Shown: positions 49,465 through 62,103, numbered from the stretch's first letter. The stretch: DNA of 64,000 nucleotides from Calcarisporiella thermophila CBS 279.70 (GCF_041956535.1 NW_027192192.1:747796-811795); one strand, 5' to 3'. Numbers and translations: made by a program. The notes: generated by a model not told the origin, from the sequence alone.

Positions 49465-51068
49465 ATGAAGCTACTTAGAGCTTCATACGTTATCTGGAGT
49501 GCTGTATCTCTATGGAAATGCGTGAACGCAACACCTGTAGCTGCCTCTATCACGTCTCTCCCAATAGTGCTTAGCCAGCCCCTGGTTGATGAGGCGCACT
49601 TGAGGGCAAAAAAAGAGGCAATAGCCGACAGATATATCGTACGACTAAAGAAGAACAAAAGCCCGTCTTCACGTAAGGCTTATTCACAGATATAATCCTC
49701 AAACTTCCTTTCCATAACAACACTAATTCTGAATAGTACGCAACTATCTACACTCTCGTGTGGCCTCCAGCGATGCATCTTGTCATCCCTCCCGTCAATA
49801 CCCAAACAATATCCTCAATGAGTTCAAAATAGGGCAATTTTCTGCCCTGACTGTACGTGGGTGCTCACCTAGTATGCAGAGTGACCTTGAAGAGCGCGAG
49901 GAGGTTGCATGGGTTGAACCTGACACGATCTTCCGTGTCGCACTCACCCCAAATTACTCGAAGCAATTTGTCGATAGCGCTGGCCCTGGAGCATGGGACT
50001 CAAAGCTATCCAAGAAACCCTTCAATGCGACCAAGCTGGAGAAGCGGGCTTTCAGATTGCCTCATAATGTGGAAATAGCGGACCAAACAGAACCCTTGAG
50101 TTGGGGGTTGGTAAGGATATCCCATAGACTCCCGGAGTATGGAGAACCCTACAGATACCCGTCTGCGGCTGGGGAGGGTGTCCATGTGTTCGTACTAGAC
50201 ACAGGCCTAGACGAAAAAAATCCCGATTTCAACGGCCGGGCCAAGCTGGAAGTCAATTTTGTGGAGACCGAGCCCGCAGAGGATCTCTCTGGTCACGGTA
50301 TGCATTGTTGTCCGCTAACTATTTTCGCGCCCATTGACTCCTTGGGATTGCATTTCGTTTAGGAACGCATGTTGCAGGAACCATTGCTGGTACAAAGTAT
50401 GGTGTGGCCAAAAAGGCCTACGTCCATGGGGTAAAGATCCTTGACCGCTATGGACTGGGTAGTATAAGCGGAATCCTTGCCGGAGTGGATTGGGTTGCGA
50501 GGAGTGGGTACAATTCCTCGATATTGAATCTCTCACTAGTCGGACCTCGTTCTCAAGCTGTTGACGATGCCATCTCTGCTCTCGTGAAGGAGCACAAGGT
50601 TGCCGCGTTTGTGGCCGCAGGCAATTCGGGGGATGATGCCTGTAAATACTCCCCTAGCGGGAACTCAGACGTATTTTCCGTAGGGGCCTCCTCCAAAAAT
50701 GACGAAGTGGCGGACTTTTCGAACTCGGGTAATTGTGTTCGAGTGTATGCCCCAGGAGTAGACATCGTGAGTGATACTGTCAGCGGCGACAATACTCCGG
50801 TGGCGATGCAGGGGACTAGGTATTAAAGCATGATGAAAGCATTGAAGCCACACTATTCTGATTTGAACACCTGATTTTGCTTTTGAATAGTATGAGTAGC
50901 CCGCATGTTGCAGGCATAGCTGCTCTTTTCCTCTCCCTACACCATTTCGAGAGTCCGCATGAACTCTATCGCGCTATAGAATCGGTTGCAACCAAGGGTA
51001 CTCTCCAGATGAATAAGGCGCTCCCCAGCTCGAATAACCTATTGGCGTACAGTCTTCCAAGTAACTGA
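49465..51068 (+). CDS. Secreted subtilisin-like (proteinase K-type S8) protease with I9 propeptide
   Basis: Signal peptide, YIVRLK propeptide, SWGLVRIS, VLDTG, GHG|THVAG, AAGNS, GT|SMSSPHVAG (D/H/S triad intact). Confidence 0.94.
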
Positions 51069-51517
51069 CCATTTCTCCCTATATACAAAGGACTCTATGC
51101 TATGATTCCATCATTTAAAACTTCCATATTTCGTGTAGCCAATCACTATTAAATTAATATAATGTCAGTCTTGGATATTGCCCTTCAATATTGATCTGGC
51201 CAAGCCACAAAATTTTGATTCGAATCAACCTAAATTGGATTATCAGCATTATTTTAGAATCTTCCCAAATGCCTGTTGATGTTTCCTTCTTCTCTCTAAC
51301 AAAAGTTATTGTTAAGGCGTTTAGGCGCACACAGCGTTAAAAATTACTTTACGTCAAACAATAATAGGTGAGTACACTTGGATGGATGGACGGATGAGGT
51401 GGATGGATGAATCGGATGGAGGCTTCCGTTGGATGTTCACGATGGAATCAAAATCTTTTCATAATCGGAAATCTAATGAATGATTTTACGTTTCTTAGGA
51501 ATTCAATTTAAAAAATC

Positions 51518-51927
51518 ATGCGTCATCTCGCTGCCTATCTTTTGTTGAATCTTGGTGGCAATGCCAATCCCACCGCGGACGACATCAAGAAGATTCTCTC
51601 CACCGTCGGCATTGAGGCTGATGAGGAGCGTCTCAGCAAGCTCTTGAGCGAGCTCGAGGGCAAGGATGTCAACGAGGTATTTCTCTCCGTCCAAATATTC
51701 CAATTAGGCTATATTTTGGTATCTGACCTATTTATTACTTTTCTTAAATTTTGTAGCTTATTTCTCAAGGCAAAGAGAAGCTTGCTTCGGTGCCAACTGG
51801 TGGTGCTGTTGCCGCTGGTGGTGCTGCAGGTGGCGCTGCTCCTGCTGCCCAAGAGGAGAAGAAGGAGGAGAAGAAGGAGGAGGAAGAGGAGGAGGATGAA
51901 GACATGGGCTTTGGTCTCTTCGACTAA
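51518..51927 (+). CDS. RPP2: 60S acidic ribosomal protein P2
   Basis: [23 protein letters not shown]|[27 protein letters not shown]; probable 5'-UTR intron 51368-51498. Confidence 0.97.
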
Positions 51928-52212
51928 GCAGCTAGTGGATTTATTTGAATAAAAGAAATAAACCTGCCGCTTTGAGCTGTCAATCGCTATGAACCGCTCT
52001 TATGAGAGAAAAACATGACGAAAACTTATTCTGAACTCTTGATGATTTCTCAATTGATTGCATATATATCAACACTTCCAATCTTCAAAACACTAAGTTA
52101 TTGAAACGCAACTCCTACTTTTCCGTATTAACTCGAGTTCTGATTTATGGCTTATGAAATTTAAAGTCGCGTAAATTAGTAAATTTGATGCCTGAACAGT
52201 ACTCAAGGGATT

Positions 52213-53093
52213 ATGGAGGTTTCCACCGGCGACGATAAACATATAAGCACACAAAATACCGAGATAGATTCGCCTCTTGTTTTTCAATGTAAAAATTGTC
52301 ACTTCATTGTTGGAGACTCCTTTGCCTGGTTGAGTGCAGACCAAAATCTTAAGGCGATTACTCTTAATTGTAAGCTATCATGGATGGAGTTTTGTGTGTA
52401 CGTTTGGCTATTTTGTTGCCGGTAGAATAATCGTGGTCGTAACTAATTGTAGCTACTTCGGAGCATGTTAAAATAAGTGACGAGTTAAAGACATCTACCG
52501 ACGGAATTGATCTTGGAAGGTGATGTCCCAACCACTCCCTTTTTTTTTCGTTTACAATCCAATGCGCTTCCTATTAAATACGCGTTCTTCTTTCAATGCA
52601 GCGCCTACGTCAACCTACTTTGCAAATCCTGCGGCGCCATTCTTGGAAGAGTATACAAGACAACCCCTCGAATACTAGATAACATCAGAGATATGTTCAC
52701 ATTTAACTTGGACTCCGTTAAAACGTAAGTAATGCAATCCTCTACCTATCCAGAGCCTGCTTAAAGTAAGCTACTGCAGGTATCAGCTTGGTAAAACTGG
52801 CAGCAACCAGTCAGAAGCATTGTCTAATGAGGAGGATTTACTCACCATGCCGAGTGCAAAAGCACTACAAACTACATTAGACAAGGTATTATCTCTTTCT
52901 TGTATTTGCCTGGGATTTGTTTTTGGTCTGAACTCACCAACAAGTCAATGCATAGATAAAAGAGCTGATATGCTTCCTTGACGAACGCATAGGGGCAGTT
53001 GAAGAAGGCATGAGAGCTCTTCGAGAGAACCGGCGACCAGTGCCGCCCTCTTTCCCTGAATCCGATGATAGCGATAAACGTGAGGATCCTTAA
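52213..53093 (+). CDS. MIS18: Mis18 / Yippee-like centromere protein (5 exons)
   Basis: PLVFQCKNCHFIVGDS, LLCKSCGAILGRVYKTTPRILDNIRDMFTF, YQLG, C-terminal helix. Confidence 0.85.
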
Positions 53094-53358
53094 TAGCTAA
53101 ACTAGAATAATACTCCTGACTAAAACCTATAATAGCATTGACCCCGAACGATCGGAAGCGTTTTCGCCAAACTCGACCAACATAATTTTAAGGTTTGGGA
53201 TAGGGTGAAAAGAATCGCTGGTGATACTATCTTTCTTTCATTCTTGTTTCTTGACAATATATTTATAAACCAAGCAAGTTGCTTCTTCTTTTACGATAAT
53301 ACTACACTATTTTTTTTTCCAAATAATATTTATTTTGAGAAAGATGAATTAAACACGC

Positions 53359-54121
53359 TTAGCGGCTCTTTGCGGCGACTGTGGGGCGAGCACCCTTAGC
53401 TTGCTGCTTTGATACCTTAGGCTGGTTCTTCTGAGTGGACTAAAGAAAAAAAGAAGCAGAAGGCTGTTTAATGATATCTATGGGGTATGGTAATCGAAGT
53501 GCTTCAATATATACCTTCTCAGCCTTCTTTTTCAATTGCTCGGCCTTCTTCTTGTCCTTGCTCTCCTTGATTGCGGCCTGGCGTGCAGCAGCACGAACCT
53601 CAGGCTTTTGGTTGCGCTTGGCGCGGATGGCCTCAAGGGAGGCACCAACAATGGCACGCTGGTGTTTAACAGTACGGCGGGTGCGTTTCTTGGCAACCTC
53701 GACGGTGATACCCTTCTTGTGCATACGGCGGTATACCACAGTCCAGGCGATCTTGCGGGGGTTCAAGCGCTGGTGGAAGTAGGAATCCACCTTACCGTTA
53801 ATGAAGTGGAAAGGCTATAGGCGTAGAAGTGGGTTAGTAAAAAAATAAAATAAAAAGATAATGCGCCAGGAAGAATCAGTTTCTATTTTACCTTTCCATC
53901 CGACCGGATGAAAAGTTTGCCTTTACCGGGGTAGATCCGGTAACCGGAGAAGTTGCAGGTCTCGGTCCTATTAGCAGAAGAAAGTAAGAAAAAGACATCC
54001 AGTTAGCGATCCATACACCCATGGCAACTTCAAACTTCATCCTCCTGTCAACAATCCATCCATTCCATCCATCCCCTCAACAAAGCATCCGATGAATAAG
54101 AAAAAGAGATACTTGCTTCAT
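53359..54121 (-). CDS. RPL24: 60S ribosomal protein L24 (eL24), 4 exons
   Basis: MK|[25 protein letters not shown]|[38 protein letters not shown]. Confidence 0.96.
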
Positions 54122-54214
54122 GTCGATGATGCACCCCGAGTACACGATAATAAAGAAGAGGGAACAGAAGCTCTAATCGTTCCTCCTGAAGAAAAGGATT
54201 TCGAGTGGAGCGAC

Positions 54215-54234
54215 TGACGTCATTGAGTGACGCA
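54215..54234. promoter_or_regulatory. CRE/ATF-type sites (TGACGTCA, TGACGCA) in the short divergent RPL24/AVT promoter
   Basis: Perfect TGACGTCA at 54215-54222 and a variant at 54228-54234. Confidence 0.45.
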
Positions 54235-54375
54235 GACGATCATGCTCATCCTAATTCACTTAGAACCGAAATTTGCTCTATCTTTAGATAGCAAATTATT
54301 TTTTTGGGTCATTTTCTCATACTTTGCCCTCTTCCCTCTCTTTCTCCTTCACACTTGACTAAATAGCCTACATTG

Positions 54376-56586
54376 ATGGCAAAGCCTAGGCCTATTAAGC
54401 AGCTGAAAGAAGAAAATGACTCTCCAAATGAGAGCCCTCACTCATTTAAAGATGCTACCACTCGTCTTAGCTCGTCTGCTAGCCGCTCGTTCCTTAGCTC
54501 ATCGCCTGGCCACCGGCCATTAACACCGGACATTGCAACCGTAGTCGGCGAGGGGTCCGCCTCTCGTCTTTCTCAAAGCGCGTCTGGCAATGATAAGGAT
54601 GCGCCTATCCTCTCTGTTGATCTTCCCTCCGACCTCATGGCCGACATTGTTCGTCGCCATCTTGCAACGAACAGCGGCACAGGTGGGGTCAGCGGAGATG
54701 ATGATATTGAAGAGGAAGAGGACGAAGTGGGATCCATTCGGAACTTCACCCAGAACTACCACCAGCTCCCTGGAGGAGCTGTGACCCACGACGTCTACAA
54801 ATGGCATGCCGAACATGCCGAACTTGATGGGCTCAAGCGCAATCGATCGCAGTCTTTCTTCCTACCGAGATCGCTAAACAGCGATCCGACCCTGAGTCTT
54901 CTCGGGCAGCCCGGGGGATTTCGGCGGCATTTCGTTCTGAAGCAATTACGTGACCAAGGCCGGCAGCCTCCGAACTTCATCACAAAGAGCTTCATTGATT
55001 TCTTGGCCATGTATGGGCATTTTGCCGGAGAAGATTTGAGTGACGACGACGAAGAGGAGGAGGAAGAAGAAGATGGCGAGGATGAGAGAGTCGCCAGAGA
55101 CAGGAGTCTGGCTACCGAGCAGACGCCTTTGGTGACAAAATCGACGGAATCCACTCACGGGACGGCTAGTGCATCTAAAGCCGTGTTTTTATTATTGAAG
55201 AGCTTTGTTGGTACAGGCGTGCTCTTCTTACCCAAAGCGTATGTACTCGTCCTCTTGTTGCCCCATTTCGAGATGGAAAATGGCTTTGGATGGAGTCTCA
55301 CCTGATTTGTGTTGATGCTCTAGTTTTTATAACGGAGGACTGCTCTTTTCCTCGCTGGTGCTTTTAGGAATTGCACTGATATCCCTAATATCCTTTATCC
55401 TCTTGGTCGACACACGGGCCGTGGTTCACGGCAGTTTTGGTGATATAGGGGGTGCACTATTTGGACAAAAAATGCGCATTGCAGTCCTGTTTTCCATCAC
55501 TATTTCACAGGTAACCTGCCACTTTGTCTGCTGGCATACCCAGTATGGTATGACTAATCTCCTGCGTCGTCTTTGGTAGATTGGATTTGTGTGCGCGTAT
55601 ATGGTCTTTGTCTCGCAGAACCTCCAGTCTCTGGTTCTCTCGTTTTCTAACTGCAAAACCACCGTGCCTTTGCATTGGTTTATTGTCGCGCAGCTCTTTG
55701 TGTTCATCCCCCTCGCGATGATACGTAAAATCTCGAAGCTCTCCTTCTTCGCCTTGATCGCCGATCTGTTCATTATGGCCGGACTGTTTTACATCTACTA
55801 CTATGACTTCCACACTCTTCTCACAGCCGGCATCGGCAAGATCGCCCTGTTTAACCCCCGGGACTGGAACCTTTTGATTGGGACTGCGGTATTCACGTTC
55901 GAGGGGGTGGGGCTCGTTATCCCCATTACCGAGTCGATGAAGAATCCGGCCCAGTTCCCTGCGGTGTTAACCGGGGTGATGGCATTTGTGACCGTCATAT
56001 TTACCAGGTAAGTTCGGAGGGTGGACTAGTTTCCGGCTCTTGTGCTGCCTCTGCTCACCTTCGTCCCCTTTGCCAACTTAGCGTTGCTGTCTTGTCCTAT
56101 TTGGCTTTCGGCGACAAGGTGCAAACCATTGTGCTCCTGAACCTTCCTGCCTCTCCGGCTGTCGATAGCATCCAGCTGCTCTATTCCATTGCGATTCTCC
56201 TCTCGATACCACTGCAACTTTTCCCCGCCATCCGTATTTTGGAGACGGGCCTCATCGTAGGGTCGGGCAAATATAATCCCTGGATCAAGTGGCGAAAGAA
56301 TATGTTCCGCTTCACGACGGTTGTCTTGTGCGCGCTGATTGCTTGGGGTGGAGCGTCGGATTTGGACAAGTTTGTGAGTCTGGTGGGAAGCGCGGCCTGC
56401 CTCCCGCTGTGCTTCATCTATCCACCCCTGTTCCACTACAAGGCGGTGGCGCGAAGCACCCTTGCTAAGACCGGCGACATCCTCCTGCTGTGCTTTGGCA
56501 TATTGGCCACAACCTACACCACCATGATGACCATCCGAGATTGGGCCTCCGGCGGCGGCGCCCAACCGATAGGCCGATGTCATTAG
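54376..56586 (+). CDS. Vacuolar amino-acid transporter, Avt3/Avt4-like (AAAP family)
   Basis: LPGGAVTHDVYKW, PGGFRRHF, FIDFLAMYGHFAGEDL, LLLKSFVGTGVLFLPKA, FTFEGVGLVIPI, LSIPLQLFPAIRI, FIYPPLFHYK. Confidence 0.94.
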
Positions 56587-57251
56587 GTGTACCTGGTTTT
56601 TTGTATTCTATTTTATATGCACTGGTTTTTACACACACTCTCTCTGTTATAGATATTTTTTTTTAATTATTGTTATTATTTAGCTGCTATTTTCGCCTCT
56701 CCCCCCCCCCCCCACCCACCTTTTTTCCCCCAATCCCAACTCATCTTGATAGATAGACATGAAGTCAATGATCTTGCCTTGCTGTTCATTTGCCTCTCAT
56801 GATGGCGTCTTCACATAAACTCATGTATTTACCTGTAGCTACCACATGTTTCTCAAAAGACGCATCTGCGCTTCCTCGAGAGAGATATCTACGGAATGAA
56901 TCAATAAAACGACCCTCTGCCCCCAATCTATCATCATGGGTTTGAATCCAAAGACCCCACGGCCACCTTGTTGAATACATCAGGTGCTGGCAATGGGGGG
57001 AAACCAAGCCATGCCAAGAAATGAGCGACTCTACATAAACGAGCGAGCTTTGTGTATTCGGCATACACATTATTGGTCCGGCAGATTATGAAGAGTAGCT
57101 ATTGCGGAAGGTCATTTATTTTTGGCGGAGCAATTTGCGATTGTAACAGCAATTTTCAGAATTTTAGCTGCCATTTTCCATTCATTATACCTGTCGCTTT
57201 ATTTCGGTTTAATCTTTGATTTGAATTTCTTTTACCTATTCATCCGGGAAT

Positions 57252-57796
57252 ATGGCAGCAGTGCGCGAGGTTGTTCGAAAACTCATTGCTGACAATACTG
57301 TCATGGTAAGTCCATTAGAATTCCTTAGGATGAACCCACTCGAAATTCTCACAACTCCCCCCTTTTCGATCCACCTGATCAGATCTTCAGCAAATCCTAC
57401 TGCCCCTTTTGTATGCGTGCGAAATCCATATTCGATGACATGAGGGTGAGATACAATAGTATGGAGCTCGATGAAGAAGGTAGGAGCGTTTCTCTCTAGA
57501 GTTCTCTGTCAAGACCCTACTGAACTCGTTAGTTCCCGTTTCCAAATGGCATTCGCACAGACAAAGGCCCAGAGATTCAGGAGCATCTCCGGGAGCTCAC
57601 TGGACAATCGACGGTAAGTTAACGACACACTTTCCTCGTCTAAGCTGTTGCTCATGCAACACCCATTTGATTCTGTAAGGTGCCCAACGTGTTTATTCGT
57701 GGCCGGCACGTCGGCGGCTGCAGCGATGTGGAGGAGAAGCGAGAAAACGGCCAGCTGGCGGAGTTGCTGAGGGAGAAGATGCAGAATAAAATATAG
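57252..57796 (+). CDS. Dithiol glutaredoxin (CPFC), 4 exons
   Basis: VM|IFSKSYCPFCMRAK..ELDEE|DKGPEIQ..TGQST|VPNVFIRGRHVGGCSD. Confidence 0.95.
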
Positions 57797-58313
57797 TTAT
57801 GGCTTTTTCCCTTAGCTGCTCGCCGTAACTCCTTTTGCTCCCCGCCCTATTTATTTGTTTTGTTTGTTTTAGCTGTGTATTCCATGGTGTCTATTTCAAT
57901 AGAAGCTTCTGAGTTGATCAAGCTTGATGGTGGAGAGAAGCAGGGTGTTCCGGTCGGGGTAACGTGAGGGATAACATGATCCAACCCCTCACGTTGTCGT
58001 CGCTGGAGTGGACAAGCGTGGGGAGGGAAGCTTACTTTCTTTTCTTAGAGGAGGGAAATCCCATGGCCCATTTGATTAAGGTTGGGCCAGATGACGATGA
58101 TTGAGGCCATCCAACCCCGTTCGCTGTAATTCCGAGCCGAACCACCAGATGAGCACAGTTGGCTCAAATTAGATATTTTCCTCCTTGTGCCTTGGAGCTC
58201 ACCTAGTCTAGCCAATTCATTCTCCCTCCTCCTTCCTCCAATGCGAGCCAACCCTCGACATAAAGCATTTCATAGAATACATAGCTTGCTGAACTACTAG
58301 TATTGATACCATC

Positions 58314-59836
58314 ATGTCACCTCTAGATCATAAGAAATCATTAAAACGAGATCGCCTAATCAAGCCTCTACTCAAATTCCTCCGCTCACCTTCCCCAATC
58401 CCCGGTTCTCCCTCTAATTCGCGGCCCTCCTCGCCCTCCCATCCCGCTTCGTCCGCCACCACTCTCGTATCCACCTCCTCCTCCAGTGCCACCCGCCCTC
58501 CATCCCTCTCGCCCTCGAGCCTATGCGTCGGATCGGAGAAGGAATTGGCTGCAATTGCACTCTCGGCGCGCATTGAGGAAGAGCTCGGGGTGCGGCTGAG
58601 CGTCGATCAATCCACCATGCTGCTCAGGCGGATGAAATGGGACAGCAAAGAGGCGCTCAAGTTTTGCGAGGAAGTGCTGAATGCCGATGAGGGCATTGTG
58701 GAGGAAGTGGGCGAGATGTTGTCGGGGGCGGAAAACTACAAAGGCGCAACCTGCTATATAGGTAGCTATATGTTCGGGAGCGTTGTGTGAGTTTGGTGGG
58801 GACGGCTCGGGGCTGACCTTGCTTCACTTTAGATTCCTTGCTGTTCGCCATGTTTGCCAAAACGACCGCGTTCGACGGGATGCTCACGAGCACGGTGGAG
58901 AGCCCCGAGAGGCGGCGGCTGCAGACATGGGTGCGGCTGTTTGTGAACCAGCTGCGCTCGGGGCGCCTGGTGACCTGCGCGACCGTGGCCCAACTGTGGG
59001 ACGAGATGCGGCAGAGCGGGTGGCACGGGGTGGACGAGCGCGGGGAGCCCACGCAGGAGGACAGCGGGGAGCTGTTCGTGTTCCTGACCACGGAGCTCCA
59101 GAGCCCGTACCTCCCGCTGGGCGTTAAGCTGATGCACGGCGCCAAGGAGGACGTGGACGACAATCGGCTGGTGACGGAGCGGCTGATTCCGCTGTCGATC
59201 CCCGCGGGCCACCCCACCATCGCGCCGGACGGGCCGCTGCGGCTGGAGGAGGTGCTCTCGGAGAACTTCTTCGGGAACCTGGTGAGCGACGTGCGGCGCA
59301 TGGTGCCGCAGGACGAGAAGAGCTCGGTGGAGATCTCGGTGCGGGCGTGGCAGGTGCTCGAGCTGCTTCCGTTCTACTCGAGCCTGAACGAGCAGGGGGA
59401 CGAGGTCCAGGCCTACAGCTACCAGTTTCCCGACGAGAGCATGGTGCTGCCGCTGTGCCTGAAGCGGTACCGCTACAACCACCAGGGCCACTCGTCGCGC
59501 ATCAAGCGGCAGATCTTCGTCCCGGCCAGCTTGGACTTCTCGCCGTTTGTGAGCGGGAGCGAGGACGCCTCCGACACGATCCAGGGGTACCGCCTCGAGC
59601 TGGTGTCGGTGGTGTGCCACCAGGGCGAGAGCGTCCAGGCGGGCCACTACGTCGCCTACGTGTCGGACGGGCGGGGCGGCTACTGGCGGCACGACGACCT
59701 CGACAGCCCGCGCATCCGGCCCATTTGCAGGGAGCGGGACGTTGCGGCCGCGTTTGTCGATTTTTCCTGGAACGCGTACCTCCTGTGCTATGCCCTGCGC
59801 AGAGATGCCGATCGAGATCGGAACGCCACAGCCTGA
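58314..59836 (+). CDS. USP/UCH (peptidase C19)-type deubiquitinase
   Basis: Cys box GAENYKGATCYI|DSLLFAMF, QEDSGELFVFL, LPLCLKRY, His box VVCHQGESVQAGHYVAYV, WRHDD. Confidence 0.88.
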
Positions 59837-61439
59837 TCGGTATGGGAGGAGGGGGAGGAGGAGGCCTAAACGCTTAGGGCCAGTTTTTCCTTATTCTTTT
59901 TCCATTTGTTAAGTTGTTTGGGGCCTCCCCGCCTCCGACCTGCGTTCGTCCCCACGGCATTTGTCTTTTTTGAGATGTTGCATCATTTCCATATTCTTTT
60001 CTCGGGTGTTTAGGCAAGATGTGTTTTCATGCTTACCACGGTTTTTTTTAATCTCTTTTCATGCTGCGATTTGTTTGTAATTTTCCGGCGTTCATAAAAT
60101 GCAGAGTTTTGGGAAGAACTCGAACCTGCTCAGTCCGCGGGCGAGATGGATTTCAGATGCAGACGTGAGCACCTTTGGCCTTGCCCATATTTGCAGCGAG
60201 ATTTGAAGCACCGTTTCGTTTGTGTGCTCGCCTGCTGAAACCTAATGACTTGATGCCCAGCTAAGCGCACGAATTTCACTAATCTCACTGCGGCCTAGCA
60301 GCTGGTTTCACTCTGATACTTGAGCGAGTGGATCGCTGCTCGCCCGCAAGATCCGGAGGGGCAGTTGCGGGAGGAAAAAGGCAAGTGGTGTGGGGCGAGC
60401 GAGTGGGAGTGCTGGAGCCAGCTAGCGTTAACTGTTTGAGTTGGCGTGGTCGGCTTTCCAAATCCTCGCTATTTTCTCACGTAGCACTCCAGCCGACACT
60501 GCATCGAACAATCTAAGACAGGTTTGAACATCGGACGGATCAGCGCTGCCAAAAGCTCTTTCATAATATTAATTATCAGCCTTCGGATATCAAAACGAGA
60601 ATAGCACCACAGGAACAGGGGGGGGGGGGGAGGGTGGGCCACTGGCGGCTGGGCCAGCCGCTAGGATGGGCGGGCTCTCTCTCTCTCTTCCCCCCTCACC
60701 CGATCGCGGGAGACAGCGGGAGCACACAAACGGCAGGCCGAAATTACATTTGCGGTTATTAATTGCGATTATTAATTGGGAGCCAGCGTCGAAGCAATGA
60801 TGGCCACAGGAAGCGGTCACAGGCCGCTTTGCCTTTGTTAGCGATTATTATCCTCTGTCACACGGCATAGGTTTCTTTTTTTCTTCCATGCTGGATTTGG
60901 TTTCGGAACGAAGCACAATTTAACCGTTTGGCCCGTTAGCATCATATTTATAGCATCATTAAAGATATCACAATTCAGACCACGGCAGATCAAACCGCAC
61001 GGGTCCAATCAGCGCGCGCGCTTCCTGCTCGCCAGTTGGGCGCATTTCCTGTAGAGAAAACAATTTATTAAAACGCGTTTTAATGCATGGAAAACAGCAG
61101 CCGATCCTTGTTTCGATGGACTGGAATAACAAAACACGGCCAATGCACCAATCCGACACCGCGGTGTCGTATGCCAATCCTGAATTTCATTTCCCAGCTC
61201 GAAACACTCCATAGAAACTTCGTGTTCTTTTTTTACTCTGCGACTGAGGATCGGCTCAAAAACAGAGTGCGCTTAACGTTAACTGAGAATTATTTAAAGG
61301 CCGCCCCAAATCCTCTTTGTGCTCCTCTTTTTTTTCATCCTTTCTCTTCTGCTTGCTTGCAACCAACAACAACACTTCTTCTTCTTCTTGCTGCTACTTA
61401 CTCTCCCACGGCTCAACTCCTCTTCGCATCACAGCAACC

Positions 61440-62103
61440 ATGTCTGACATGATTTGGCCCGCCGAGGACGCCTGGTTCTCGCAAATGCCCACCCTCTCCC
61501 CCCTCGACTCGCCCCTGTCCGAGGTCGAGGAGGTGTCGCCGCTGCTCACCCCCGAGCTGCCCTGCAACCTGGACTTCTCGCTCTTCACACACCTGCTCGA
61601 GAAGCCCAGCTTCCCCATCCCCGACCAAGAAGCCATCCCCATCGTCCCCTCATGCCTCTCCATGCCCACCCCCCCGCCCGCCGACGCCCCCAACGTACAG
61701 TTCGATGCGGGCGCACTGCTTGCCGGCTTCGAGCCCGTCTTCCTCCCCTTCCCCCCCCCAGCAGCACTACGACTTCGCTGCCCTCGCAATGATGCCTCCG
61801 CACGCCCAGGCCCCCCCGCAGGAGATGCCCCAGCCCATCCTCATGAACCCGGCACACCTCCCGCCCGTGCCCTTCCGCATCCCCTGCCACGCCCTTGACC
61901 GCCAGTTCAAATGCGACAAGTGCCCGCAGGCCTTCCACCGCAACCACGACCTCAAGCGCCATAAGCGAATCCACCTCGACCACAAGCCGTTCTCGTGCAC
62001 CGCCTGCAAGAAGCAATTCTCCCGCAAGGACGCTCTCAAGCGCCACGTCCTGGTCAAGAAGTGCGGCCAGCTTCCCCCCCGCGAGAACGCAAAGAAGAAC
62101 TAA
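61440..62103 (+). CDS. C2H2 zinc-finger transcription factor; N-terminal region and fingers offset by +1 at a C9 run (61751-61759)
   Basis: ATG in CAACCATGT context after a CT-rich leader; acidic/Pro-rich N-terminus; FKCDKCPQAFHRNHDLKRHKRIHLDHKPFSCTACKKQFSRKDALKRH in the next frame. Confidence 0.85.

Noticed and set aside
50820-50890. C/D snoRNA in the subtilisin intron (ATGATGA...CTGA)
   Set aside because: Only about 45 nt spans the boxes in a ~70-nt intron, and CTGAT is better explained as the branch point.
57948-58008. SECIS element for the glutaredoxin
   Set aside because: The glutaredoxin active site is CPFC with no TGA, and the hairpin lacks the tandem GA kink-turn core.
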